Assembly: GCA_021792255.1 (NCBI GenBank)
Contig: JAJYUZ010000002.1
Coordinates: 128,001 to 192,000, forward strand
Source: Thermoplasmata archaeon
GTDB taxonomy: Archaea > Thermoplasmatota > Thermoplasmata > Thermoplasmatales > GCA-001856825
Length of the DNA stretch: 64,000 nt
Reading direction: 5' to 3'
Shown here: positions 49,438 to 59,400 of the stretch, one piece after another
How the letters are laid out: each line of letters begins with the position of its first letter
Position numbering within the stretch: position 1 is the first letter of the stretch
The notes under the pieces: generated by a model
The model's database searches: none
Seen by the model: only the letters and a program-made list of their open reading frames with translations
Told to the model about the DNA's origin: nothing
Translations under genes and position numbers: made by a program

Positions 49438-50070
49438 ATGAATTTCTATCCTGCGATCTTGATTCCTTTAGCGATTTTCACTCCGCTATTTTACCTCAAT
49501 TGGAACAGGATAGATAAGATAGTTGATGAATCTCTATTTGCCAGATTTCTTCTCTTCGGACTTCTACTGGGGGTCGTATATGTGGTTTTGTTCCTTTATT
49601 CCTTTTTCACGCTCGACAGATTCAAAGATCTGATGCTTTTCACGGTCTTGCTCTTTCTTCCCATCCTTTCGGCGGGAGAGCAGCTTTCGATAATAACGGG
49701 AAAGTACAGGACAAGAAAAGACCTCCTCCAACTATCTTCCTCACTGGGAGGAGCGTTCTCGTTCCCCGTATCGTTTTCGATAGCCCTGGTTACAAATTCT
49801 TCGATCTCGAACTACATTTTCATTGCATTAGTGACTCTATTTGCGTTTCTCACAAATGTGATGTCAAGTGCCACACTATCTATTGGCGCTTCTAATAACA
49901 AGGTTCTTCTTTACTACAATTTTGCACTTCTAATACAGATGCTTTTCTCGTCTTCAATCTTCATAGAGTATTTGTATGGTTCCTACGCCCTAATCACAAT
50001 AGTGCCTGAAATCGGTGTTGCCATATTATTATATATGAAATTTTTCCATGTGAGGCTAGGGTCAATCTAA
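49438..50070 (+). CDS. Polytopic membrane protein, possibly degenerate PrsW-like
   Basis: About 7 TM helices. First gene of a tightly packed 4-gene unit. Confidence 0.75.
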   Translation: MNFYPAILIPLAIFTPLFYLNWNRIDKIVDESLFARFLLFGLLLGVVYVVLFLYSFFTLDRFKDLMLFTVLLFLPILSAGEQLSIITGKYRTRKDLLQLSSSLGGAFSFPVSFSIALVTNSSISNYIFIALVTLFAFLTNVMSSATLSIGASNNKVLLYYNFALLIQMLFSSSIFIEYLYGSYALITIVPEIGVAILLYMKFFHVRLGSI

Positions 50071-50071
50071 A

Positions 50072-51187
50072 ATGGGTGCGGCAATAAGAGGAATCCTCGT
50101 TGCTATCGTTGTCATCATAGTTCTGACGGCTGCGTACTATGTGGTCGTCGACACCAACCTTCTTAATGGAGTGACTACGACCACATCATATCAGATGCCC
50201 TCAGAAGTCTCTACTCATTTTTCCAGGAATTTTACCTTCGTATCCTCTTCAAGCTCAGGAGAAACGTTCACCTTTTACCTCACCCCCACTATAAACGACT
50301 CTCTCCAAAGTAGTACGATTTCTATTTCACACTCATCCAACATAAACGAATCTATCAAACACTCTCAGAATAGGACATTCTTTGCGATTACAGTGAATCC
50401 GGGAAGCTCTTTCGTAAATTTCACTTACATCATAAATTCTTATGGGAAGAGCTGGCAAAGTCTTGCAAATTCGACAGGTTTGCCCTCCCAAATTCCATCA
50501 TCTCTGAAGACAGAATACGATCATTCCGAGTATTTCAATTCTTCAGGAAGTAATGGTCTGGAAGTAATAAACCCTTCATTTTTCAGAAGTTTGACCCTTA
50601 ATCTAACGAAGAACGATACCACAGTCGTAGGAAAACTTAGATCCATTTACGACTACATTGTACAGAATTATCTGTACAACATAACATACAACATTGGAAA
50701 CGTGCCTCTGTCCGCTCAGCAAGTCTACCAGCTGAAGAAGGGGGACTGTGAAGAGTTGTCATACCTATTCGAATCGATGAGCAGGAGCATCGGTATTCCA
50801 TCCTGGACGCAGTACGGTCTCTTGATTCAAGAGTCAAACGGGCAGGCAAATCTCGGCGAACACGCCTGGGTGCAGACTTACGTTCCTTCTTCAAATGGCT
50901 CAGGCGCCTTTGTGAATATCGATCTTACCGTCGAGGTAGGAGGGCAAGATCTTGGCAGGGGATTTCTTGTCAAGTACCCATACTCGCTGGTCGAGTGGAC
51001 TGACAATGGAAATTCTTCAGCTATGGTAGATTACCACACTGAGCTTATTGCTCCTTCTACCGGGATCAGTATATCGATGCAGGAAAGTGATTTTATTTAC
51101 TCGTTCAGTCAGTCCGGGAAAATTACACTCGCACAAGACAATATTTTTAATCCTCTCACTGCTAACACATCTAAAGAATGGTTATGA
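50072..51187 (+). CDS. Membrane-anchored transglutaminase-like protein
   Basis: N-terminal TM helix, GDCEE / EHAW / NID triad and many N-x-S/T sequons. Confidence 0.88.
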   Translation: MGAAIRGILVAIVVIIVLTAAYYVVVDTNLLNGVTTTTSYQMPSEVSTHFSRNFTFVSSSSSGETFTFYLTPTINDSLQSSTISISHSSNINESIKHSQNRTFFAITVNPGSSFVNFTYIINSYGKSWQSLANSTGLPSQIPSSLKTEYDHSEYFNSSGSNGLEVINPSFFRSLTLNLTKNDTTVVGKLRSIYDYIVQNYLYNITYNIGNVPLSAQQVYQLKKGDCEELSYLFESMSRSIGIPSWTQYGLLIQESNGQANLGEHAWVQTYVPSSNGSGAFVNIDLTVEVGGQDLGRGFLVKYPYSLVEWTDNGNSSAMVDYHTELIAPSTGISISMQESDFIYSFSQSGKITLAQDNIFNPLTANTSKEWL

Positions 51188-51678
51188 TAATTCCTTCCGT
51201 TACCCTTAGAAAAAAGAAGATAGTCGAAGCCGAAGCACTTGAAAAATATGAGTCTGGTCCTCTTTGGGTCGTGGACGAAGATTACAAGAGCGGAAGGGAA
51301 CTCAATTTCAAGAGATACGACGATCTGTCTGGAATATACGAACTTTATTTGGATGCCGAAATCTCTCGGGTGGACGACATAGAAGACGCAATAACTGGCG
51401 GAGCATCTATGGTCACAATCTCCGAGTCAATCGATAATGAGAAGATGCGAAGAGCTCTCTTCTATACGGAATCGCTGATCCTTTATGTCAGAAGCAATAG
51501 AGAGGCGGCGGAATTCTTCATCTCGAATGGAGGGAGCCGCATATATTCCGACACTTTCATTTTTGACAATAATGTAACTGAATTTACGAGTCGATTGAAC
51601 TGCTCAAGTTGCAACATCGTCAGTCCCATCGGAGGTTCGAATGGTCGAAGAGATACGGAAGCTCCTGCTTTACCTTAA
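51178..51678 (+). CDS. Short HisA/HisF-like TIM-barrel protein
   Basis: IIPSV.L, 'WVVD' and 'D..I..VDD.EDAI.GGA..V' pattern. Confidence 0.6.
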   Translation: MVMIIPSVTLRKKKIVEAEALEKYESGPLWVVDEDYKSGRELNFKRYDDLSGIYELYLDAEISRVDDIEDAITGGASMVTISESIDNEKMRRALFYTESLILYVRSNREAAEFFISNGGSRIYSDTFIFDNNVTEFTSRLNCSSCNIVSPIGGSNGRRDTEAPALP

Positions 51679-52093
51679 GAAGACGACTGGCAAGTACGAG
51701 TTTTCTGAGTCAGAAATATTAAACATTCTGTCGATAAGAGTAAGATATCTCACACCAGACCAAGTCAAGGAATTTCTGAGGATCGCAGTTGAACAGAGGT
51801 GTTTAAGGCTAACGGACGGGTTGTATTCTATAACGTGCTCGATAAACGGGATAGAACTGAGTCTAGATTACAAACCAAATTTCGATGCCATAGTGAACGA
51901 GACTAATGGAGAGGATGTTACCGAAACTGTGATAGCGTTGATCACAGAAAAGACCAGCCTGAGCAAGAGAGACGTCATTTCTGAAATTAACAAGATGAGG
52001 GAGAAGAATCCATTCCTGAGTACAAAGATAGCAGCACTTGTAGTTGCAAGACTAAAAGGACTGGATGTAGAAAAATTTCTCGCGCTTCCCTGA
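51641..52093 (+). CDS. DUF2240-like protein
   Basis: 'SESE....LS......TP', 'LDYKP' and C-terminal AAL.VAR..G.DV. Confidence 0.7.
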   Translation: MVEEIRKLLLYLKKTTGKYEFSESEILNILSIRVRYLTPDQVKEFLRIAVEQRCLRLTDGLYSITCSINGIELSLDYKPNFDAIVNETNGEDVTETVIALITEKTSLSKRDVISEINKMREKNPFLSTKIAALVVARLKGLDVEKFLALP

Positions 52094-52825
52094 CTACTTC
52101 ACAAATTCCTGCGGGTCCTTGTTCAGATAGGAAGCGTATTTTGTCGCCAGATCATACTGGTCCAGTTCCATCGCTATGTCTGAGGCAGCGTCGAATATTT
52201 CAGAGTAGTTGGTAACGGCACGGATCCTCTCTTCTTTCCTCTTGAGTTTGGCTCCTTCTCCAAGAATCTTCTTAATTACCTTGTCTAGAACCTTGAGAGG
52301 CTCTTCTCCCCCCTTCTCCTCAACCAGTAGGTAAGAGTAGTTGACTGCGGCCTGTGCCAGCATGTCAAGATTGTTTGAACTTTCTGCGTCCTGAAGAGCT
52401 TTCTCGAACAGAGTGGATGCCTCGCTGAAATCATCAAGAATTGTTGCCAGTGAAATCATGGAGTAAATGGCCTCGTTCTTGTCGCTGAGCTTTTGGTATA
52501 TTTCCAATGCCTTCCTTCCATAGTCCACTGCCTTCTTGCCATCGTCGAGTATCAATATCTGAGATAGGAGAAGATTTGCCTCCGCTACCCTCTTCTGATC
52601 ACTCTTTTCTGAAGAGAGCTTCAGAGCCTCTTCGGCATACTGTTTGGCCATTTCAGAATTTGGAACTTCCTGGTAGAGAAAGCACTCTGACTTAATCCTC
52701 AGTAGGTCCGTTTTTGACAAAACGTCTTGAATGGAATTGATGTTTTCGTCTATGTACTTGATGCACTCCTTAAGGTCTCCGTTGTCTTCAAGCTGTCTTG
52801 CTTTCTCAATGATTTCGTTATCCAT
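52094..52825 (-). CDS. TPR-like helical repeat protein
   Basis: Repeated A..Y..KAL.I patterns. Confidence 0.75.
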   Translation of the reverse strand: MDNEIIEKARQLEDNGDLKECIKYIDENINSIQDVLSKTDLLRIKSECFLYQEVPNSEMAKQYAEEALKLSSEKSDQKRVAEANLLLSQILILDDGKKAVDYGRKALEIYQKLSDKNEAIYSMISLATILDDFSEASTLFEKALQDAESSNNLDMLAQAAVNYSYLLVEEKGGEEPLKVLDKVIKKILGEGAKLKRKEERIRAVTNYSEIFDAASDIAMELDQYDLATKYASYLNKDPQEFVK

Positions 52826-53480
52826 TTCCGTTCTCCTTCATACAACTTTTTAGGGATTTAACATTTTCCTCAACGTTTCCCGAGAAGATAGCAGAAGCAC
52901 TGACAATGATGTCAGGGCCCAAAGCTGCAATACGCGAAATGTTGTCTCTATTTATTCCTCCATCTACACCAATCAGAAAATCCAGGTTCGTTCTTTGTCG
53001 GTATTCTACTAGGAGTGGAATTTTTTTAGATGCATCCTCTATCAGACTCTGTCCCGAAAATCCGGGTTCGACAGTCATTACCAGTACATATTTCACAGCA
53101 GGAAGTAACGCTTCAATGTTTGAAACAGATGTTTTAGGATTTATCGAAATTCCCGGCATGGATCCCAGTCTTTCTATTTCCTTTAATACTCTCATCGTCT
53201 GTACTGGAGCTTCATAGTGTATCGTAACTAACTTTGAGAACGAGCAGTACCTTTCGAGGTACATGTTCGGGTTATCTACCATCATGTGGCTTTCAATATC
53301 TGCGTCAAATTTTTTCTTTATTGCGTCTCCAAAGGGAATGCCCATCGTAAGGTTAGGAACAAAGTGGCCATCCATTACGTCTAGATGAATCCACTTTACC
53401 CCAGATTGGACCGCCTTTTTTATGTCTCTTTCAAGATTCAAGAGATCTGCGGCAAGTATCGAAGCAGACAACTCAGCCAT
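52818..53480 (-). CDS. rpe: Ribulose-phosphate 3-epimerase
   Basis: HLDVMDGHFVPNLT, MTVEPGFSGQ and VDGG. Confidence 0.95.
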   Translation of the reverse strand: MAELSASILAADLLNLERDIKKAVQSGVKWIHLDVMDGHFVPNLTMGIPFGDAIKKKFDADIESHMMVDNPNMYLERYCSFSKLVTIHYEAPVQTMRVLKEIERLGSMPGISINPKTSVSNIEALLPAVKYVLVMTVEPGFSGQSLIEDASKKIPLLVEYRQRTNLDFLIGVDGGINRDNISRIAALGPDIIVSASAIFSGNVEENVKSLKSCMKENGNG

Positions 53481-53571
53481 ATTCCTCAGAGTAGATTGTT
53501 TACGTGCCTAAAAAATATTTGATTTGGTGCCTCACACAAAATTGCTAAATACCTTTTAAAAATCGACTATA

Positions 53572-54036
53572 ATGAAAGGGGAATACGATTCTCTTGACAT
53601 AAGAATCCTCAACGTATTACGAGAAGACGCTACGGTTGGATACAACGAAATATCGAGGAAGGTCAAATCTCCTGCTACGACAATCTTCCAGAGAGTCAAG
53701 AGGATGAAGGACCGAGAAATAATCAAGAAAATGGTCCCACTCATTGATCACGATAAACTCGATTACAAATTGACTGCATTCGTAACGGTTTCCATCAGTG
53801 ACATAAAAGAGCTAGATAGGATCGCAAAAGAGCTCTCAAGATTCGATGAGGTTCTGGAAGTACATCACACCTCTGGTGAGAGCGATCTTCTTCTCAAGAT
53901 AAAGATCAGAGACAGTGGCGAGCTAAAGGACTTCGAAGTCGAAAAGGTCGGAGCAATAAAAGGAATAAGGGCCGTAGGGACGACTCTGAGTTTAGGAATA
54001 TTCAAGGAAGAGTTTTCAGTAAAACTGCGTGCTTAG
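53572..54036 (+). CDS. Lrp/AsnC transcriptional regulator
   Basis: D.LD.RIL..L..DA HTH, plus a RAM domain (SGE.D.LLKI). Confidence 0.92.
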   Translation: MKGEYDSLDIRILNVLREDATVGYNEISRKVKSPATTIFQRVKRMKDREIIKKMVPLIDHDKLDYKLTAFVTVSISDIKELDRIAKELSRFDEVLEVHHTSGESDLLLKIKIRDSGELKDFEVEKVGAIKGIRAVGTTLSLGIFKEEFSVKLRA

Positions 54037-54876
54037 ATGATCGAAATACTTGGAATAAGCAAGAAGTACGATAGGCGCACCTATGCGCTCAACGAGATCA
54101 ACGCATCTCTGAAGGAAAGAGTTACAACCGTCATTGGAAGAAACGGAGCTGGGAAGACAACACTAATTCGCATTCTCTCAACTCAGTTAACTCCTACCTC
54201 AGGAACCGCAGTAATTGAAGGTTTGGACATTCTTAAGGAAACGAAAAAAGTGAGACAAATAATAAGCAGCATCCCTCAGGAGTCACAACTCATCGGTATT
54301 CTCTCTCCTCTGGAACAAATGCAACTCTACCTGATGGCAAGGGGATTTTCTTCTTCTCAGGCGAAGGAAGAATCGAAATATGCACTGGATGAACTGGAGA
54401 TGTATGCATACAGAAATGCACCATCGGACACCCTATCGGGCGGAATGAAGAGGAAAGTGTTTGTGGCGATGGCCCTTGCTTCTAAAGCACCGATAATATT
54501 TCTCGATGAACCGACAACTGGTCTCGATCCTCTGTCTAGAATAGAAGTATGGTCAGCAATCAAGAGGCTATCCTCAAAAATTATTCTCACGACTCACTAT
54601 ATGGAAGAAGCGCAGGAACTTTCGAACGAGGTCATGGTGATCGACCAGGGCAATATTATGACTCACGGAACCATCGAAAGTCTCCTTTCAGCATTCAACG
54701 GCATGATGAGGGCAGAAAAACTGGATGGAGCAGAGTACGACATAAAAATTGCCAACGTGGCAATCAAGTATATCGGAAAGGAGAGAGTTGACGAGTTTGT
54801 CAAGAAGGGCTACGATATCAAGAGGGTAAATCTCGACGATATCTTTCTGTCAAGGGGGGAAATACTTGAATCCTAA
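54037..54876 (+). CDS. ABC-2 type exporter ATP-binding protein
   Basis: GRNGAGKTT, LSGGMKR, LDEPT.GLD and TTHYMEEA. Confidence 0.94.
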   Translation: MIEILGISKKYDRRTYALNEINASLKERVTTVIGRNGAGKTTLIRILSTQLTPTSGTAVIEGLDILKETKKVRQIISSIPQESQLIGILSPLEQMQLYLMARGFSSSQAKEESKYALDELEMYAYRNAPSDTLSGGMKRKVFVAMALASKAPIIFLDEPTTGLDPLSRIEVWSAIKRLSSKIILTTHYMEEAQELSNEVMVIDQGNIMTHGTIESLLSAFNGMMRAEKLDGAEYDIKIANVAIKYIGKERVDEFVKKGYDIKRVNLDDIFLSRGEILES

Positions 54877-55585
54877 ATTCATACTTTATTTCGCTTGGTA
54901 TTATGGATTCTATGTCATTCTGAGGGGGGCCTCTTATCTACTTGCATCTCTTTCACTTCCCCTTGCTCTCCTGTTCATGGTCACGATCTTCACTCACGGA
55001 ACCTTGATAGCTTTCGCAATCGCGGGTGGCCCAATAGCAATAGTCGCTGCCAACAGCATTAACGGAGCTGGGGATGCAGCTTTCTTCAGGATCCAGATAA
55101 GGATTCAGGACTTGTTCGTCGCAACAAGCATCACTTCTCAGGATTACATGTTTGCCCTTTCGATGAGCTATCTGGTATTCTCACTTCCGGGCATCGTTCT
55201 GTATGCGATTCTTGGGGCTTATTTCAAAGTATTCTCTCTTTCTTCACTTCTTCCAATCGTCGGAGTTCTAGTGCTCTTGACTCTCACTATTTCGAACCTT
55301 TCATTCATCATCGCAGGTCTGCTGAAGCACATCAGAAACGTCTGGGGAATTACTGCAATACTTTCTATCATAATGACAGTTCTTCCTCCAACGTTCTACC
55401 CCTATACCTTCCTCCCCCAAGGGGTGATCTATATCCTCTCCGTTTCGCCGGTCACTCCGGCTGCAGTACTAATCCAAGGGATAGTTGGACTTGAGCCAAT
55501 GCAGTTTTCGATGATTTTCATCCTTTTCACAGAGACCATACTATTCACCCTTCTTGGAAGAAAATTTATACGTTGGAGGGAATAG
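54866..55585 (+). CDS. ABC-2 type exporter permease
   Basis: Six TM helices and 'PP.FYP...LP'. Overlaps the ATPase gene. Confidence 0.88.
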   Translation: MNPKFILYFAWYYGFYVILRGASYLLASLSLPLALLFMVTIFTHGTLIAFAIAGGPIAIVAANSINGAGDAAFFRIQIRIQDLFVATSITSQDYMFALSMSYLVFSLPGIVLYAILGAYFKVFSLSSLLPIVGVLVLLTLTISNLSFIIAGLLKHIRNVWGITAILSIIMTVLPPTFYPYTFLPQGVIYILSVSPVTPAAVLIQGIVGLEPMQFSMIFILFTETILFTLLGRKFIRWRE

Positions 55586-55625
55586 TATCTTTAGAAAAGA
55601 ATGTACAGAAACTGCCTAGATGTCG

Positions 55626-56082
55626 ATGAAAATGACTAATTTTGAAGAGATAGAGGAGATCCACTCTATATTTGTGCTAAACTCGAAGGAAAGGCAGAAT
55701 GGGCAGTAGATGGGAGCACTGCTCTCAGGCTATACGGGATGAAAGTAGAACCACACGATTTAGATGCCCTTACTGACAAGGCTGGAGCGGAGAAGATTGC
55801 CCACATTCTTAGAGAGTATATGGAAAAACCTTTAAGCTATGGGGAGACGCAGAAATACAGGTCACACCTTTGTGTTCTCAAAGTAAGAGGAGTTAAAGTT
55901 GAGATTATGGGTGACCTTCAATCGTACAGAAATGGAAAGTGGACAGAAATCCAGAATCCTCGATCGACAGGTATTAAGTTCGTGTCTCTCCGGGAAGAGA
56001 AATTCCGGTAGTGCCGTTAGAGTACCTGAAATCCACTGGTTATTTCAAGGAAAGATTGTCCCGTGAAAAACTTAAACGATAA
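55626..56082 (+). pseudogene. Frameshifted nucleotidyltransferase-fold gene
   Basis: Three frames join up: MKMTNFEEIEEI / LYICAKLEGKAEWAVDGSTALRLYGMKVEPHDLD...VKVEIMGD / GREIPVVPLEYLK...*. Confidence 0.7.
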
Positions 56083-56109
56083 GTTTATCTTAAAAAGTTG
56101 ATAAGTAGC

Positions 56110-56418
56110 ATGCCGGGCTGGCCAGGAGGGTAGGCGTCTCTTGTTACCCGAAACCGTCTATACGCGGGGGCGACAGCCGATATAGAAGGCAACCTTGAGG
56201 ATGTGAACCCTTGATGTTCGGCGAAACTCTGTCCCATCAGATCTAGGTTGTATACATCTCACCCGGAGGGGAGAGGGGTATGCGTCATCACGGGAATCCG
56301 CCAGGACCGGAAGGGAGCAACGGTTACGTGGACCGCAGATGCCGGTGGGGGAACGGAGCGGAGGACTGACGGGGCAGCCGCATCTTTCAATCGCCCTTTG
56401 GTGTCGGTGGCCCGGCAT
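56110..56418 (+). ncRNA. ffs: Signal recognition particle (7S) RNA
   Basis: Complementary ends ATGCCGGGC/GCCCGGCAT, an Alu domain with TGTTACCCGAAACCG, and helix 8 GCCAGGACCGGAAGGGAGCAACGG. About 309 nt, GC-rich, with a TATA-like sequence upstream. Confidence 0.93.
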
Positions 56419-56568
56419 CTGACATTTGCAGAGGCTCGATGGTTTTAATATTCAACGAAAGGATGTAATGAGCGTACGTGAATGTTCAACAAGAGAGCGT
56501 GAACGTAAGCATTCTGAAGGCCGACAAAACAAGCTTAATTATTAATATTCATAGAAAATTAAGACACG

Positions 56569-57672
56569 TTGAGAGATAAAAAGACGATTCACGACTCTAT
56601 CTACGGCTCAATAGAACTCGACGAAAGCGTAGCAAGCATAGCTGAGACAAAAGAGTTCCAGAGGATGAATACTATCAAGCAGCTGGGTTTCACCTACCTC
56701 GTCTTCCCTGGAGCAACTCATACTCGTTTTGAACACTCTCTGGGTACCTATTATCTTGCCAAGGAAGCCTCAGGCAGGCTTGGACTGAAGGGGAAAGATG
56801 CCACCGATGTCTCCCTTGCCGGTCTGCTCCACGACATTGGACACTCGCCATTTTCACACTCCTTGGAAGAAGCAATGGGCAAGCTGTACGGAAAGGATCA
56901 TTTAGACGTTACCATTGACATCATAGAAGGCAAGACCCCGGAAAACGAACTGAGCGATATCTTAGGGAGTCATAAGAAGAGTGTTGTTGAAATATTGAAA
57001 GGAAGGAAGGGAGTTCTAAGCAGACTGATTTCAGGAAATGGAGATGTCGACCAGATTGACTATCTTGCAAGAGATTCGTACTACACTGGTGTGGCGCTTG
57101 GCGCAGTAGACATTCCAAGAATATTGAGGGTCCTGTCCATCTATGACGGAGAGTTCTGTGTCGCAGAAAAGGGGCTTCCAGCCGTGGAGGGGCTGATGGT
57201 CGCAAGAATGTTGATGTACAGGACGGTCTACAGACACAAGACTGCATTGATCACTTCTTCTCTCGCAAACGATGCTCTAGAACTCGTAAATCCCGACTAT
57301 GAAGAATTCGTGGGATGGAATGACTGCGATTTCATGACCGAACTGAAGAGGAAGAGTCTAAAGACGTATGAAGCCATAAAACACAGAAGGATTCCGAAGG
57401 GTGTAGTAGTAAAGGAAGAGGAAACGAAATTCAGAGAACTTGTCGAAAAGTTAGAGGGAAATATTCTTTCATTCCAATATTTTAAGTCACCGTTCAAGAA
57501 AGAGGTTCTCAGTGTTCTAACAGACGATGGAATCAGTCCCATTACAAAATTCTCTTCAATAATGTTATTCTTAGAAAGAGAGTTAGAGGGAGTGGGTTTG
57601 ATCGTCTTTGAAAATGACAAAGAGAAGAAGATCAAGGATCTACTAGGGAAACGGAACATTCCTTTTCAATAG
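56569..57672 (+). CDS. HD-domain phosphohydrolase (dNTPase-like)
   Basis: KQLG...VFPGATHTRFEHSLG, LHDIGH.PFSH and DVDQIDYLARD. Confidence 0.92.
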   Translation: MRDKKTIHDSIYGSIELDESVASIAETKEFQRMNTIKQLGFTYLVFPGATHTRFEHSLGTYYLAKEASGRLGLKGKDATDVSLAGLLHDIGHSPFSHSLEEAMGKLYGKDHLDVTIDIIEGKTPENELSDILGSHKKSVVEILKGRKGVLSRLISGNGDVDQIDYLARDSYYTGVALGAVDIPRILRVLSIYDGEFCVAEKGLPAVEGLMVARMLMYRTVYRHKTALITSSLANDALELVNPDYEEFVGWNDCDFMTELKRKSLKTYEAIKHRRIPKGVVVKEEETKFRELVEKLEGNILSFQYFKSPFKKEVLSVLTDDGISPITKFSSIMLFLERELEGVGLIVFENDKEKKIKDLLGKRNIPFQ

Positions 57673-57704
57673 CAAAGAATTATAGAATATCATCATTTAT
57701 TAGT

Positions 57705-58265
57705 ATGCTTCAGGCTGTAGGTAAAAGAGCTATGGATTTTGTAAAGAGAGATCCCCTTACCTACAGCTCGTTTCCCGACAAGGAAATGTATCTAAGCTTT
57801 CTGCCAGAGATTTCGGGCGGGGAAGAAAATTCGCTGATCGAATCAATGAACAATTTCCTGATTCTTCTGTTCCCGATGGGAGTCGAGTTTGCTGAGAACG
57901 TCGTGCAGAGTCAGGCCATCCTAAACAGAATGGAGAGAAGGCATTCTAAGATAGTCTTACTGGACGACGAGATGAGAAAATTTCCGAACTACGCCTTTTC
58001 AAAATTAATTGAATTCAGGGACCATCTCATCTATCTCCTCTACATGGCATATTCACAAAAACAATCTCTTTTCCTCGGAAGGGACGCGTTAGGAATGAGC
58101 TATGCAAAGATCAAGTACGACCCCTTTTCCACCATAGAAACGGTGAGGGGAAATCCTTGGTACACACCTGGAAAGGAGGAAGTCTTTTCGTTTTCTAAAT
58201 ACGAATCGGGGCACATCGTAACCCCTGACCTAGGGGAAGTATTTGCAGTTACGTTCAAAGAATGA
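57705..58265 (+). CDS. Hypothetical protein
   Basis: 186-aa ORF filling the gap, with normal codon style and no recognisable motif. Confidence 0.75.
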   Translation: MLQAVGKRAMDFVKRDPLTYSSFPDKEMYLSFLPEISGGEENSLIESMNNFLILLFPMGVEFAENVVQSQAILNRMERRHSKIVLLDDEMRKFPNYAFSKLIEFRDHLIYLLYMAYSQKQSLFLGRDALGMSYAKIKYDPFSTIETVRGNPWYTPGKEEVFSFSKYESGHIVTPDLGEVFAVTFKE

Positions 58266-58323
58266 AATATTAAGATTAGAAGAATCGGAGAAAATTAGAT
58301 TAATTAATTAAGTTTCAGGACGT

Positions 58324-59400
58324 ATGGACGTAGAGAAGCTGTTTGATCTTAACCAGAATATCGAAGGAATCCTTATTTACAACAACGGCGAATCGTGTAA
58401 CGACCCATCGTTCTTTTATTTTACACAACTAACAAGAGGACTGTTCGAGGGTTCGTACGTATTTCTTACTCGCAGGAATCTGAAAGTCATAACTACTCAG
58501 CTCGAGGAAGAGACCGCGAGATCTGAGGATCTCGACGTTGAAGTTTTCTCCTCTGGAAAACAGAGAGATGAACTGCTCAGGGAAGTCACCAAAGGAATAA
58601 CTTTTCTGGGGATCAACTACTCAGGGCTTTCCCACGCAGATTATCTATCTTTAAAGGACAGGTTACAGAACAAGGAGCTGGTAGATGTAGGAGAATCCAT
58701 CTCCAGCCTGAGACAGATAAAATCAGAACGGGAGATTTCTAAATTGAAAGAAGCCGCTAGAATCGTTTCACAGGTGGGGAAGGACATACCAGGAATGCTT
58801 AAAGAAGGCATGACGGAAGGAGAACTAGCGTCAAAAGTAAATTATGAAATGATGAGGAACGGTGCTTCTGCTCCCAGTTTTGATACAATCGCTGCATTTG
58901 GTCCAGATTCGGCAGAACCCCATTTTTCTGGTGGAAATCGCAAGCTGAAGAAGGGAGATGTTGTACTTGTTGACTTTGGAGCAAAATATCAGAGATACTG
59001 CTCCGACATGACGAGAACGTACTTCTTCGGTAAGCCTGACAGAGAAATGCAGGACATGTATGAAACCGTGCTCAGAGCACAGGAAATGGGTATCAAGGCC
59101 GTTAGGAGTGGAGAAAACGGAAAGACCGTAGATGGAGCGTCTAGAGACGTCATAGACTCATCCAAATTTAAGGGAAGATTCATACACGGACTCGGACACG
59201 GAGTTGGACTGAACGTTCACGATCATCCCGCACTCAGTCCACTTAACGACTTCTTCCTGAAGGAAAATATGGTGGTGACGGTTGAACCCGGAGTGTACAT
59301 CCCAAAGAAAGGTGGGGTCAGGATAGAGGACGATGTCGTTGTCACCAAAGACGGTTGCCAGGTCATCACTACAGCTCCTAAAGAACTACAAATAATATGA
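58324..59400 (+). CDS. pepQ: Xaa-Pro aminopeptidase/prolidase (M24)
   Basis: DFGA...Y.SD.TRT, HGLGHGVGL.VH, TVEPG and GVRIEDD. Confidence 0.92.
   Translation: MDVEKLFDLNQNIEGILIYNNGESCNDPSFFYFTQLTRGLFEGSYVFLTRRNLKVITTQLEEETARSEDLDVEVFSSGKQRDELLREVTKGITFLGINYSGLSHADYLSLKDRLQNKELVDVGESISSLRQIKSEREISKLKEAARIVSQVGKDIPGMLKEGMTEGELASKVNYEMMRNGASAPSFDTIAAFGPDSAEPHFSGGNRKLKKGDVVLVDFGAKYQRYCSDMTRTYFFGKPDREMQDMYETVLRAQEMGIKAVRSGENGKTVDGASRDVIDSSKFKGRFIHGLGHGVGLNVHDHPALSPLNDFFLKENMVVTVEPGVYIPKKGGVRIEDDVVVTKDGCQVITTAPKELQII

Noticed and set aside
56158-56448. ORFs of 86 aa (-) and 66 aa (+)
   Set aside because: Shadows of the GC-rich SRP RNA.
56465-56517. Possible box C/D sRNA after the SRP RNA (GTAATGA...CTGA)
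   Set aside because: Box C is imperfect, C'/D' boxes are unconvincing, and I recognise no rRNA or tRNA target.
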